A stretch of DNA of 63,054 nucleotides, counting the filler, from Octopus bimaculoides (lineage: Eukaryota), in NCBI RefSeq assembly GCF_001194135.2. It is 8 parts of 7 records of this genome, joined end to end, with 100 filler letters (N's around TTAATTAATTAA, not from the genome) between each part and the next. Parts side by side here need not be neighbours in the genome. Positions count along the whole stretch, not along the records: positions 49,970 to 63,054 come from NC_068988.1; 7 more parts are not named here. One strand, written 5' to 3'. The notes below the pieces were generated by a model. That model did no database searches, was not told where the DNA came from, and saw only the letters and a list, made by a program, of their open reading frames with translations. Position 1 is the first letter of the stretch, and each line of letters opens with the position of its first letter. Below, one piece after another: positions 51,248 to 63,054 of the stretch. The position numbers and the translations under genes are program-made.

Positions 51248-52459
51248 ANNNNNNNNNNNNNNNNNNNNNNNNNNNNNNNNNNNNNNNNNNNNNNNNNNNN
51301 NNNNNNNNNNNNNNNNNNNNNNNNNNNNNNNNNNNNNNNNNNNNNNNNNNNNNNNNNNNNNNNNNNNNNNNNNNNNNNNNNNNNNNNNNNNNNNNNNNNN
51401 NNNNNNNNNNNNNNNNNNNNNNNNNNNNNNNNNNNNNNNNNNNNNNNNNNNNNNNNNNNNNNNNNNNNNNNNNNNNNNNNNNNNNNNNNNNNNNNNNNNN
51501 NNNNNNNNNNNNNNNNNNNNNNNNNNNNNNNNNNNNNNNNNNNNNNNNNNNNNNNNNNNNNNNNNNNNNNNNNNNNNNNNNNNNNNNNNNNNNNNNNNNN
51601 NNNNNNNNNNNNNNNNNNNNNNNNNNNNNNNNNNNNNNNNNNNNNNNNNNNNNNNNNNNNNNNNNNNNNNNNNNNNNNNNNNNNNNNNNNNNNNNNNNNN
51701 NNNNNNNNNNNNNNNNNNNNNNNNNNNNNNNNNNNNNNNNNNNNNNNNNNNNNNNNNNNNNNNNNNNNNNNNNNNNNAAGAAATAATCCGATTGTGGGAC
51801 CTCCAAGACTGTAACACGTAATGATTTAAGAGATAATAGCCGTAATTTACGTGGAAGACTTGGAAAAACAGGCAAATCACTTTTTACTGCTTCGTGTAAA
51901 TTGGTCCGCAAGGCAGTCTTCATCCTAGTGGTGGTCATGGTGAAAGAATGTGTGTGGTGGACTCGAGCGACAGGTTTAGAGAAAAAACACTTTCCTCTCT
52001 GGCCAATCGCTGAATTTTTTCAAGTACCACTTGAAAAGGAAGGTGAGAATAGAGAGGCAAGTTTTGTCTCGTGAAAGTTTCAATAAGAGATGGGTGAATG
52101 TAGCAAAGACGGTACGTGCGAATGATGAAACCACTTTGAGCAGGATCATGTAAATCGAAAAAAGTGAGAGTGAGAGCACTTTGCTATCATGTGTTCATTC
52201 CCTCCCTGCCTGAGGTTACCGTTCTCTTTTCCGTAGGCTTTTCTTTCCACGGATAAACTTAATATTTCTGTATACATTTTTAATATTTTCTGTGATACAC
52301 GATCTCTTTTGATGATTTTCTTTCACGATCCCTTTTGATCGGAATTTTACTTTTCTCCTTTGTTTCGACTTTCGAAAAGAAAAGCTCTACGTTGTTTTTG
52401 TCGCCTCTGTATTCGGCCGTGTGTGGTTAATAGAGAACCTTATCTATCTATGAATCTAA

Positions 52460-52502
<43 letters not shown>

Positions 52503-52511
52503 NNNNNNNNN

Positions 52512-52587
52512 NCACCACCGCCGCCGCCGCTACTACTACTACTACTACTAATACTACTACTACCACCACCACAACCACCGCTGCTGC

Positions 52588-52623
<36 letters not shown>

Positions 52624-52700
52624 CACAACCACCGCTGCTGCTACTACTACTACTACCACCACAACCACCGCTGCCACTACTACTACTACTCTCTGCCGCT
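52512..52700. repeat. Compound trinucleotide repeat with a higher-order unit (CTA)n(CAC)nAACCACCGCTGC x3
   Basis: Direct reading. Confidence 0.85.
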
Positions 52701-53239
52701 AATGCTGCTGTTGTTGCTACAACAGTTACGAATACTACTGTTATAACTGTTTTTGTTTTTAGTGGTTATTGATGGCAGAGAAATCGGTATGCTTCTAGTG
52801 TCCGCGAAACAGAATAAGTGTGTGGCTCGCTGTGTTCGTATGTATGTGCCTATGGGTGTCAGTCATGTCTTACATCAGAGTGTTTGCGCATGTAGGTGTA
52901 TATACGACAACTTGTGTCTGTGTTGGTGGTTTAGTGTGTATGTGTGTTAGCGTGTTAATGTGTTAACTCACGTGTGCGTGCGTATGTGTGCGTGTGCGTA
53001 TGTTTTGGCGGTATGGGTATCTTACACAAAGTTGGCAGTTACTAGCAATTACCATCTTTATCAACAATTTCTTGTCTCTATTCAATTTTCAATACGTCCT
53101 TTGCTAACTTTCATAACCATATCTAGGCAGAAATATTTCAGACAATTTCCGAGAATACCTTACGGGCATGTACTTCAATAAAGAGATTCTTAACAATATA
53201 TTCCCGTAGCTGATCACGTAAATATCTCCTAAGTTGTCT

Positions 53240-53271
<32 letters not shown>

Positions 53272-53961
53272 NNNNNNNNNNNNNNNNNNNNNNNNNNNNN
53301 NNNNNNNNNNNNNNNNNNNNNNNNNNNNNNNNNNNNNNNNNNNNNNNNNNNNNNNNNNNNNNNNNNNNNNNNNNNNNNNNNNNNNNNNNNNNNNNNNNNN
53401 NNNNNNNNNNNNNNNNNNNNNNNNNNNNNNNNNNNNNNNNNNNNNNNNNNNNNNNNNNNNNNNNNNNNNNNNNNNNNNNNNNNNNNNNNNNNNNNNNNNN
53501 NNNNNNNNNNNNNNNNNNNNNNNNNNNNNNNNNNNNNNNNNNNNNNNNNNNNNNNNNNNNNNNNNNNNNNNNNNNNNNNNNNNNNNNNNNNNNNNNNNNN
53601 NNNNNNNNNNNNNNNNNNNNNNNNNNNNNNNNNNNNNNNNNNNNNNNNNNNNNNNNNNNNNNNNNNNNNNNNNNNNNNNNNNNNNNNNNNNNNNNNNNNN
53701 NNNNNNNNNNNNNNNNNNNNNNNNNNNNNNNNNNNNNNNNNNNNNNNNNNNNNNNNNNNNNNNNNNNNNNNNNNNNNNNNNNNNNNNNNNNNNNNNNNNN
53801 NNNNNNNNNNNNNNNNNNNNNNNNNNNNNNNNNNNNNNNNNNNNNNNNNNNNNNNNNNNNNNNNNNNNNNNNNNNNNNNNNNNNNNNNNNNNNNNNNNNN
53901 NNNNNNNNNNNNNNNNNNNNNNNNNNNNNNNNNNNNNNNNNNNNNNNNNNNNNNNNNNNNN

Positions 53962-54046
<85 letters not shown>

Positions 54047-55021
54047 CTAAATTTGGGATCAGTTTTTCCTAATATATAGAGTAAAGCTTTTCAAACATGA
54101 TATGCTATAAAGACGTCTACGTTCAAATATGATATTTTTATCAAAACTTTTTCATATTTCATTATTATAAATCTTTGGAACAATAATATTCCTTAGTTAA
54201 TTACTTAGTCGTCTCGAAACTTTGCCAATCTTATTTTCAAATTAAACTCTTGTAATTGCCTTTAGCACTGACTCTTCTGGTAAATCACAAAAAGATCTCG
54301 AGACTAACTTTATTAAGAATAAAATTATCTACTCCAGATATATAATTGTACATGAGTAATTCATATTGGCTTTCATACCATAATAAATTTGGACGTGTCA
54401 TGAATCTTTGCATTAAATTCGAGTTATATACTAGTCTAAACAAAACATCTCGTATTTGTGACGTTATATAATTGCTTTACTGCCTAACAGTCTTTTGCGA
54501 TTCAATATCAATTTGTTCACTGAATTACAATGCGTTGCAATGCCTTATTTTTCTAAATGCATGTTAACTGGCGAGAGATTGTCGTATGTGTGTTTGATGC
54601 GAGAGCCTGAGTCATGAAATTCACGAGTTTCACGTTTACATTGGAAGCTGTAATTTACAATGATGGCATCAAGTAGAATACGAGGTCTGGTAGCTTGTGG
54701 TTTCGTGTTAGAAAGTAAGTGTTTTTGTTTGGTGATATCTTTATATATCATAAATATCAGTTACAAATTTATAACTTAAAATCTAATGTTAATATTAGTA
54801 TCAGTTATAAACTTCTTCGAATATTCTTCGCAAATGACAGCACGGCGCGTGAAGAACGGAGCTTAATTTGAATTCAATATGCAAATGAGGATGCGAAAGT
54901 TCTGCGATGGAAAACTAAGAGATTTAAAAGAATTATTCTTCTATACCCAACATCTACAAAGCAAATATGATAAAATCTGCGTTTAGATATATACATATAC
55001 ATATCTATACATATATACACA

Positions 55022-55178
55022 TAGGCACAGGTGTGTCTGCGTGGTAAGAAGTTTGCTTCTCAACCACATTGTTTTGGGTTTATACGTGGCGTCTTGGGTA
55101 AGTGATTTCTTTCATTTTTTTCGAGCCGTCCAAAGCCTCGTGAGTAGATTTGGTAGATGGAACTAGAAGAAACCTAAC
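55022..55178 (+). mobile_element. SINE family B 5' half
   Basis: GCGTGGTAAGAAGTTTGCTTCTCAACCAC...AAAGCCTCGTGAGTAGATTTGGTAGATGGAAC. Confidence 0.75.
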
Positions 55179-55184
55179 GAATGT

Positions 55185-55541
55185 ATCCTTTTATTCTTTT
55201 ACTTATTTCAGTCATCTGACTGCGGCCCCGCTGAAGCACCGCATTTAGTCGAGCAAATCGCCCAGGAATTGCTCTTTGTAAGCCTAGTACTTATTCTATC
55301 GCTCTCTTTGGCCGAACCGCTAAGTTACGGGGACGTAAACACACCAGCATCGGTTGTCAAGCGATGTTGGGAGAGGGGACAAACACACAGGCAGATAGAC
55401 AGACATGCATACACACACACACACACCCACACACACACGCACACACACAAATATATACGGCAAGCTTCTTTGAGTTACCGTCTACAAAATCCACTCTCAA
55501 GGCTTTGGTCGGCCCGGTGTTATAGTAGAAGACACTTGCCC
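55185..55541 (-). mobile_element. SINE family B (5' end in gap)
   Basis: Reverse-complement match to 45290-45600. Confidence 0.85.
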
Positions 55542-56039
55542 NNNNNNNNNNNNNNNNNNNNNNNNNNNNNNNNNNNNNNNNNNNNNNNNNNNNNNNNNNN
55601 NNNNNNNNNNNNNNNNNNNNNNNNNNNNNNNNNNNNNNNNNNNNNNNNNNNNNNNNNNNNNNNNNNNNNNNNNNNNNNNNNNNNNNNNNNNNNNNNNNNN
55701 NNNNNNNNNNNNNNNNNNNNNNNNNNNNNNNNNNNNNNNNNNNNNNNNNNNNNNNNNNNNNNNNNNNNNTATATATGTTCATATGATGATATTTCCATAA
55801 AGTGTTGATGATGAGAAAAGCATGTAATCGTTACCAATATAGCAAGAGATTTCACCGCAAAAAGTCTAAAGTAGACTCCTTAAGGATCGTTCTCCTTGGT
55901 CATATATCCAAAATTTTAAATTTAAAGTCAAAACACTCTTTTAAATTTTAAATTTGGGATATATATATATATATATATAGCAAACCTATTAATTATGAAC
56001 TTATAAAAACTACTGGAAACAGGTGTAAGCCACATTTGC

Positions 56040-56840
56040 CCTAATAAATGAATTATGTATAGTGATCATTATTTTCAACTTGTCGGGAAGACTAAATCTA
56101 GGGGGTTGGGAAGTAATGTAGACGAAATAGATATGATTATGTCTTCCAGTTTTCTTGTCTATCAGCGAAATATATGGAAACTTAATACATATTGCAGTAT
56201 CTATTGCTTGTTGAAACAACTTTACTTTTGGTTTGCATGTTGTATTACATCTATATCACGCTGATTTAAATGCGTCGAGAATTTTCTTAATTTTCTATGA
56301 CTGCTCATTTTCGATTTATCGGCGTGGGCGATTGTTTTTTTAGCATTGGCTGTTTTCTGATATCAATTTTTGTTAATCTCTTTATATATATTCTACAAGG
56401 AGAGCATTGTCTATGTTAAATTTCCCTTTTTTTTTTCCCCCATACGTTTCCGATTCCGTTTCCTTTCCGTCTTTGACTGCAGCTTTCTTTGAGTCATCTT
56501 CAATATTGTTTTTATCTATGTTTTCAATCGTTGGCAATACTCTTGTTGTATATTTAATATTTCCTATGCTGTTTTAAATAGTTTTTTGTCATTTTTCATT
56601 TAGGTGAGTATAGCCTCTGTTTCTAATATCCTGTTTTCTGGTTTCAGTCGACTTCTTTTAGATTCTGTATATTTGTTTCATGTCGTTTAGAAATTAAAAT
56701 CGTGTTCTTTTTTTTCTTTCTGAAGTTTTTCAAACGCACATGGCCACGGTCCGTTTGTTTTTTTAGTGATAGATTCTCTTAGATCTCTTTTAACTTGACT
56801 CAGGTGAGTGGTATGATATTTGGATGTGCCTGAAAAATTC
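56040..56840 (-). mobile_element. Very degenerate Penelope-like RT N-terminal region
   Basis: TIAHADKSK (cf. ADKGN) and PRFSLPDKLK..FIRANV (cf. P.FYGLPKIHK..PLRPIV) in the right order. Confidence 0.4.
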
Positions 56841-57494
56841 ATTCTCTATGGAATATTCTTTCAAAATATTCACGTGCATTCACATATAAATATGCATGTA
56901 CGTGTGTATGTATGTATGTATGTATGTACGTGTGTATGTATGTATGTATGTATGTAAGTATTATGTAGGTATATAAATACATATACATAGTGCATAAATA
57001 CATACATGCATATATATATATATATNNNNNNNNNNNNNNNNNNNNNNNNNNNNNNNNNNNNNNNNNNNNNNNNNNNNNNNNNNNNNNNNNNNNNNNNNNN
57101 NNNNNNNNNNNNNNNNNNNNNNNNNNNNNNNNNNNNNNNNNNNNNNNNNNNNNNNNNNNNNNNNNNNNNNNNNNNNNNNNNNNNNNNNNNNNNNNNNNNN
57201 NNNNNNNNNNNNNNNNNNNNNNNNNNNNNNNNNNNNNNNNNNNNNNNNNNNNNNNNNNNNNNNNNNNNNNNNNNNNNNNNNNNNNNNNNNNNNNNNNNNN
57301 NNNNNNNNNNNNNNNNNNNNNNNNNNNNNNNNNNNNNNNNNNNNNNNNNNNNNNNNNNNNNNNNNNNNNNNNNNNNNNNNNNNNNNNNNNNNNNNNNNNN
57401 NNNNNNNNNNNNNNNNNNNNNNNNNNNNNNNNNNNNNNNNNNNNNNNNNNNNNNNNNNNNNNNNNNNNNNNNNNNNNNNTGTGTGTGTGTGTGT

Positions 57495-57640
57495 GGCACA
57501 TAACACGGTGGTCAGAGTGTCGATCTTATACTCATGAGGAAGTGAATTTCAAGAACACAATAGATAACCCTGTCCCGGTATGTAACTCGCACCCGTGTGA
57601 TTATAAGCCTGACGCTCTAACCACCGTGTTATGTGCCTTC
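57495..57640. mobile_element. Two SINE family C heads fused in inverted orientation
   Basis: GGCACATAACACGGTGG at 57495 and its reverse complement CCACCGTGTTATGTGCC ending at 57637; flanked by (TG)n and (CA)n. Confidence 0.75.
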
Positions 57641-57642
57641 AG

Positions 57643-57695
<53 letters not shown>

Positions 57696-57957
57696 TACAC
57701 ACCCATATGGTTATAAAGCATATTATATATTTATATATTTACATGTTGTTTACTGCTTTGCTGTTTTAGTCAGAAGCCTTTCAGCATGCGAATGCGTGTT
57801 CCTCTGAGTATTTTATTTTCTAGTCGAGGATATCTACTCCAGGCCATATTTCATTTTGAAAGTGGGTGCATTATTGAACACGTGAAGCCACGGGCAGATT
57901 ATCACGCTGTTATCAATACCGTTTTAAGAGAATTAGATATAAGCACAAAGCATGCAC

Positions 57958-58013
<56 letters not shown>

Positions 58014-58377
58014 AGCACACACATACACACACAAACAAGACTATACAGACATACAAATTTATACGTGTCTAGTGTAAAGTTCAAGTTCACTGACACTCAT
58101 GTGTTCGTTTATGTAGTTGCACTGTCACTCTCTGAAAATCGTGAAACTTAAATTGCTTGAAAATTAGAACTAATAGTAAATTGCAAGGAAAGTAGATGTC
58201 ATGTTTGACTCTGCTCACATTAACGAGTCACACCAAATGTACAAATGGATCGATATTTTGAGTTTAAATTTATAATAACAGCTATATATATATATATAAA
58301 TATATATTCATTTATTTACAGAGAGAGAAAGAGAGAAAGAAAGAGAGACGGAGAGAGAGAAATAGAGACTGAGAGAG

Positions 58378-58384
<7 letters not shown>

Positions 58385-58468
<84 letters not shown>
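58385..58468. repeat. (TA)n microsatellite
   Basis: Direct reading. Confidence 0.98.
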
Positions 58469-58469
<1 letters not shown>

Positions 58470-59561
58470 GGTGTACACTGTATTTATATAAATATTATAT
58501 AGTCTATTGACTAATTTTTCTACATTGAAGGCCACTGGTATTAAAAATTTCAAAAGTTTTTCCTACCCTGATATTATTAGTTATATATGTATCTATATGT
58601 ATAAGTCTCGAACTATCATTGAGTGCATGATGCCTTTGGTTTGAGTCTATAATATAATTTATTTCATTTACCAGTGTAACATCATATGTCGCCTACTGTT
58701 TAATCACTCAAATTCTCTTTCTTTAATGTTATATGACCTAAAATGTCTATTAAAATGAGCTATTCTGAAAGTCTTAAAGAAACATAAATTCTACAATGCG
58801 TTGATCTGTGAATTCAGAGCATCATTCATAGAGAATTTTTTATCTAATCCTCAAAATACAAAATGTTGGACATTAAATAAAAGCAGATCTTCAATTTAAC
58901 ATCTTCGCTTAATTATTCAATGATTATGCCGCTGGAGTTAAAGAGATATTTCGTGTTTCAGTATTTCATAAAATAATATCTGTAAATTAATTTGTTAGTG
59001 CAGTTATATCCTCATTATTGTATGCATGAAATTCACATTACAGTTAATAAGAAGACTCCATTTTGCCTTTAAAATTTATGTACCATGCCATTTGTAAACT
59101 AGCAATAACTATATTGATCTCGTAAGGGAGCAAAAAAAAAATCGTTGAGTTTAAAATACGAATCCAGTAACCTAACAGACAGTACATGTAAATTTATTTG
59201 ACCGGCGCCTTGGAATTCATTAATTTGTATTATGTGAAAATATTAATTTCCTACTTGTGAAGAAGTCTCAGACACAAGGTCGCGGAATTATATGCAAGAA
59301 GAATACAACTGTCTCTTGGTAGTCGTTTTCAGAACGCTCTAAATAAAGTAAATATGAATCTACAAAGAATCGAATTATAGTCGCAGATATGTCTACTGGA
59401 GGCTTCTTCCTCTTATTAATATTTTCCCAAACATCTGCAATATTTGCATGCACAATTATCGCTAGAAGAAACTAATGTTTTTCACACCCCATGAAGGGTA
59501 ATCCATTCATTCTATAAAAACATCTTTTTCTTTATATAGTTATCCTTATCTCTCTCACTCC

Positions 59562-59594
<33 letters not shown>

Positions 59595-60114
59595 NNNNNN
59601 NNNNNNNNNNNNNNNNNNNNNNNNNNNNNNNNNNNNNNNNNNNNNNNNNNNNNNNNNNNNNNNNNNNNNNNNNNNNNNNNNNNNNNNNNNNNNNNNNNNN
59701 NNNNNNNNNNNNNNNNNNNNNNNNNNNNNNNNNNNNNNNNNNNNNNNNNNNNNNNNNNNNNNNNNNNNNNNNNNNNNNNNATATATATATATATATAAAC
59801 ATACACACGCACATAAATGCATATACATACATGCATAGCAAATACAAACATATGTACATACATTTTTCATGAAAAAACTGCGTGGTTCTTTGTATGTAAT
59901 GTTCGGTCGAATTGCGCATTTAACGCCTCCGAAGACATGGCACACCTTACTGATGAAAAGGCAGATTATTGTAAGAAACCGGAAACTACAACTGAGATAT
60001 ATCTCATTGAGAGTATTTTAGTAACGCACAAATCGCGTAATTTGGGTGAACTGCCCTACGGTTTTACATGTACATTTTACACTTGTCCGTTCCTTCTCCG
60101 TGAAGATGTAAATC

Positions 60115-60280
60115 TGTTGTGTCGACACCCCCAGATGATGAAGTAGGTCAATACGAAGATATGGAGGGAGAGGTCTAGACGTCGAAGTAGTTGAGTAGAC
60201 GTCATCCGAACGTGCGATATAACAGTGGCGACGAGGATTTCGTAGCTCACACAGCCACTGTGTAGTATTGAGATATAACA
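60115..60280 (+). mobile_element. Collapsed LTR retrotransposon relic (LTR-PBS-LTR end) with 5-bp TSD
   Basis: TGTTGTGTCG...CGATATAACA (60115-60224); PBS TGGCGACGAGGAT (60226-60238); second TGAGATATAACA end at 60280; AAATC on both flanks. Confidence 0.65.
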
Positions 60281-62023
60281 AAATCACAACTAGCTACAGT
60301 TTGTTATGATATCCTGAAGAGTGGCACTCCGGCGAAAAGGCACAAACACAGACGCTAACCTAAACTTCCAGTTCATGTATACTTTGAATAAAATTCTCGG
60401 ATGGTGCCCAATAAGCTGGTGAAGAGATTGGCGAATGCTATCACTAGCACTTCCTATTTCAGCTATTCCCTACAAACCTAACCTCATATGACACCATGAT
60501 CGCATAAGATACAGTGTAGGACGCAGGGATCAACAACGAGACGACTGCAGGGCACCTCCGGGTAAATCAGGCCCTGCAACGGTAGAGTCAACTAGCAGTG
60601 TGCTTAATTATTTGTTGTTTTAGAATTCCATTTGTGAACAGAAGAGTTGTTTACAGGTTTCTAAATTTTCAGTCATTGTTTCACTGTCTTCTGAATAACA
60701 CAGTTGCAGAAACTTCCTAATGATAATACAACCGTAGCTGTATCCATATAGCTATACATTATATATTCAAACGATGGAATCAGGTTAGAGGTGGATATTA
60801 CCTAGTAAAGAAACGCATAAAATTTTTCCTTTGTGAATAACCTGTCAGGTTCCATGCTATTAATTTGTTCGTATAAGTTTACGTTTTATACAGCAAAGTA
60901 AAATCCTTTCATTTTAAATAAATTCGTTGTTATTGAAGAAAGCAGTAAAGCTCTGATTAGCATGCGTGAAATTTTAAATCTACTAATAAAACTAATGAAG
61001 TGAAACACCCTCACAAACAATTTGGAAAATACGTTTTGAAATAAGAAAACTTTGATATCGACAGTTCTGTTGCATTTAACAATTTTTTTTTTTTTGTGTT
61101 ATAATGTTCTGTTCTACCTTCATTTATCTCTCCCACGTATTTCTCATCCACCCCTCTCTTCTCGTCCGTCTGAATCTCCCCCCCTCTCTCTCGTTCTCAT
61201 TTTCTCTAAACACATACATATGTGTATTTATATATACATATATATATATATANNNNNNNNNNNNNNNNNNNNNNNNNNNNNNNNNNNNNNNNNNNNNNNN
61301 NNNNNNNNNNNNNNNNNNNNNNNNNNNNNNNNNNNNNNNNNNNNNNNNNNNNNNNNNNNNNNNNNNNNNNNNNNNNNNNNNNNNNNNNNNNNNNNNNNNN
61401 NNNNNNNNNNNNNNNNNNNNNNNNNNNNNNNNNNNNNNNNNNNNNNNNNNNNNNNNNNNNNNNNNNNNNNNNNNNNNNNNNNNNNNNNNNNNNNNNNNNN
61501 NNNNNNNNNNNNNNNNNNNNNNNNNNNNNNNNNNNNNNNNNNNNNNNNNNNNNNNNNNNNNNNNNNNNNNNNNNNNNNNNNNNNNNNNNNNNNNNNNNNN
61601 NNNNNNNNNNNNNNNNNNNNNNNNNNNNNNNNNNNNNNNNNNNNNNNNNNNNNNNNNNNNNNNNNNNNNNNNNNNNNNNNNNNNNNNNNNNNNNNNNNNN
61701 NNNNNNNNNNNNNNNNNNNNNNNNNNNNNNNNNNNNNNNNNNNNNNNNNNNNNNNNNNNNNNNNNNNNNNNNNNNNNNNNNNNNNNNNNNNNNNNNNNNN
61801 NNNNNNNNNNNNNNNNNNNNNNNNNNNNNNNNNNNNNNNNNNNNNNNNNNNNNNNNNNNNNNNNNNNNNNNNNNNNNNNNNNNNNNNNNNNNNNNNNNNN
61901 NNNNNNNNNNNNNNNNNNNNNNNNNNNNNNNNNNNNNNNNNNNNNNNNNNNNNNNNNNNNNNNNNNNNNNNNNNNNNNNNNNNNNNNNNNNNNNNNNNNN
62001 NNNNNNNNNNNNNNNNNNNNNNT

Positions 62024-62380
62024 ATGAAAGGCACGGACACAAAAATGGAGAGTGAAGACCCTGCACACTGTGCTCAGGCTCAGGAGGACCAAACGGATCA
62101 CCATGACAAGGCAGATGCCACCAGTGCTGTAGCCACTGATGAGGGATGCAATGACCATGGTGAATACAGCCAACGCTGCACCACAAACGACAAAGACAGG
62201 AGAACAGACAAGAAGACGGTAAACACAAACAGGCTTCAAGCCCAAACACGTCACCCAGAGAAAAAGAAACAGATCTGTAAAGTCTACCTAAATGGTACCT
62301 GCTGGCACGGGAAAAAGGGACGAATCTGCAAATTTGCCCATCCCAAACACCACCAGCTAAACAAGGTAGATAACCACTTA
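62024..62380 (+). mobile_element. CCCH zinc-finger ORF1-like fragment of a CR1-type LINE
   Basis: Low-complexity linker then KQICKVYLNGTCWHGKKGRICKFAHPK (62276-62345). Confidence 0.5.
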
Positions 62381-62419
62381 CAACAAAATAAGCGGGAGCG
62401 CAGAAAAAGGAGATCAGAA

Positions 62420-63054
62420 AGCTTATATCTACGTACACATAATCCACCGAAAACCGTGATTTTCACGTTCCTTGCATGGCTCTTCTCCCTCACCTGATAT
62501 GGTCCAATCAAGAGTTTTGATGGCACATCTAGTGTATAAGAGAATTTGACATCGCTGCCCTAAACTGCGTCTCATTTCGAGCCATTGGTTCGTCTGGTAT
62601 CGTGGAGAGGAAAGCGTCGAGTTTTGTCTTGAAGACCTCCGTATCCATGTCTTGCAGGTCTCTCAAATGTTTTGGCAGGGCATTGAAGAGCTGAGGTCCT
62701 CTGAAACCGAGGCTGCTGCAATATCTTCTTCTTATGTGAGATGCAGTGGACGGCAAATTTGGCACCATGCAGTGGCGACCCGTGCGTGTATTCCTGTAGT
62801 ACTTGATGCCAAATTTTGGCACCAGTCCTTCCAGTATTTTCCATATGTATATTATTACATATCTCTCCCGCCTGCGCTCCAGGGAGTAGAGACCTAGTGC
62901 CTTCACTCGCTCCCTGTAGTTCATCTGTTGGACTGTGGCGATCTTTTTTGTATAGTGCCGCTGAATTGCCTCGAGTTCTGCTGTCCGCTTAACACTGTGT
63001 GGTGACCACAACTGAGAGCAATAGTCTAGGCGGCTCAGAACAAATGTCTTCCAT
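62420..63054 (-). mobile_element. CR1-clade LINE ORF2 C-terminus and 3'UTR
   Basis: FVLSRLDYCSQLWSPH..LEAIQRHYTKKI..YRERVKALGLYSLERRRERYVIIYIWKILEGLVP..RGPQLFNALP..FKTKLDAFLSTIPDEP..AAMSNSL. Confidence 0.9.

Noticed and set aside
51779-51938. Minus-strand ORF MTTTRMK..NLHEAVKSDL..LRVTVLE as Brachyury exon 1 (loose likeness to HLLSAVESEL..LRVGLEE), with CCAAT and AACAAAG motifs upstream
   Set aside because: It lacks the invariant LW..F..LTNEM that should follow directly, and short motifs are expected by chance. Worth revisiting only if the 51249-51778 gap is closed.
60310-60345. CTGAAGA...GAAA hammerhead-like spacing
   Set aside because: Stem II is weak and no stem III or cleavage triplet can be formed.
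14664-62497. Long ORFs of 200-480 aa in the ORF track
   Set aside because: They run through N gaps (poly-X) and flanking microsatellites.

Overview
AT-rich, microsatellite-laden eukaryotic DNA with many N gaps. The SINE families, TGEKPYHC-type zinc-finger array and gap linkers suggest an octopus genome, probably Octopus bimaculoides (inference; no search was run). Two host-gene pieces are visible: (1) a minus-strand terminal exon at 28213-28583 that resembles the C-terminal part of Brachyury (T), and (2) the 3' end of a tandem C2H2 zinc-finger gene at 36843-36998 (+). I could not find T-box exons in the sequenced part of the window. The rest is mostly transposon debris: Penelope-like elements, R4/Dong (RLE) LINEs next to (TAA)n tracts, RTE, CR1, L1/Tx1, mariner, hAT, Helitron, an LTR relic and tRNA-derived SINEs. 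The most notable observations are: a decayed duplicate of the Brachyury-like last exon about 7 kb downstream; hammerhead-ribozyme motifs next to Penelope remnants, one with an intact core; an apparently ORF1-only L1/Tx1 insertion with a 16-bp TSD inside a Helitron, next to an inverted-duplication/palindrome scar; and a 166-bp collapsed LTR element that keeps its PBS and 5-bp TSD. I see no CRISPR array or prokaryote-type system. All family assignments come from reading motifs by eye.
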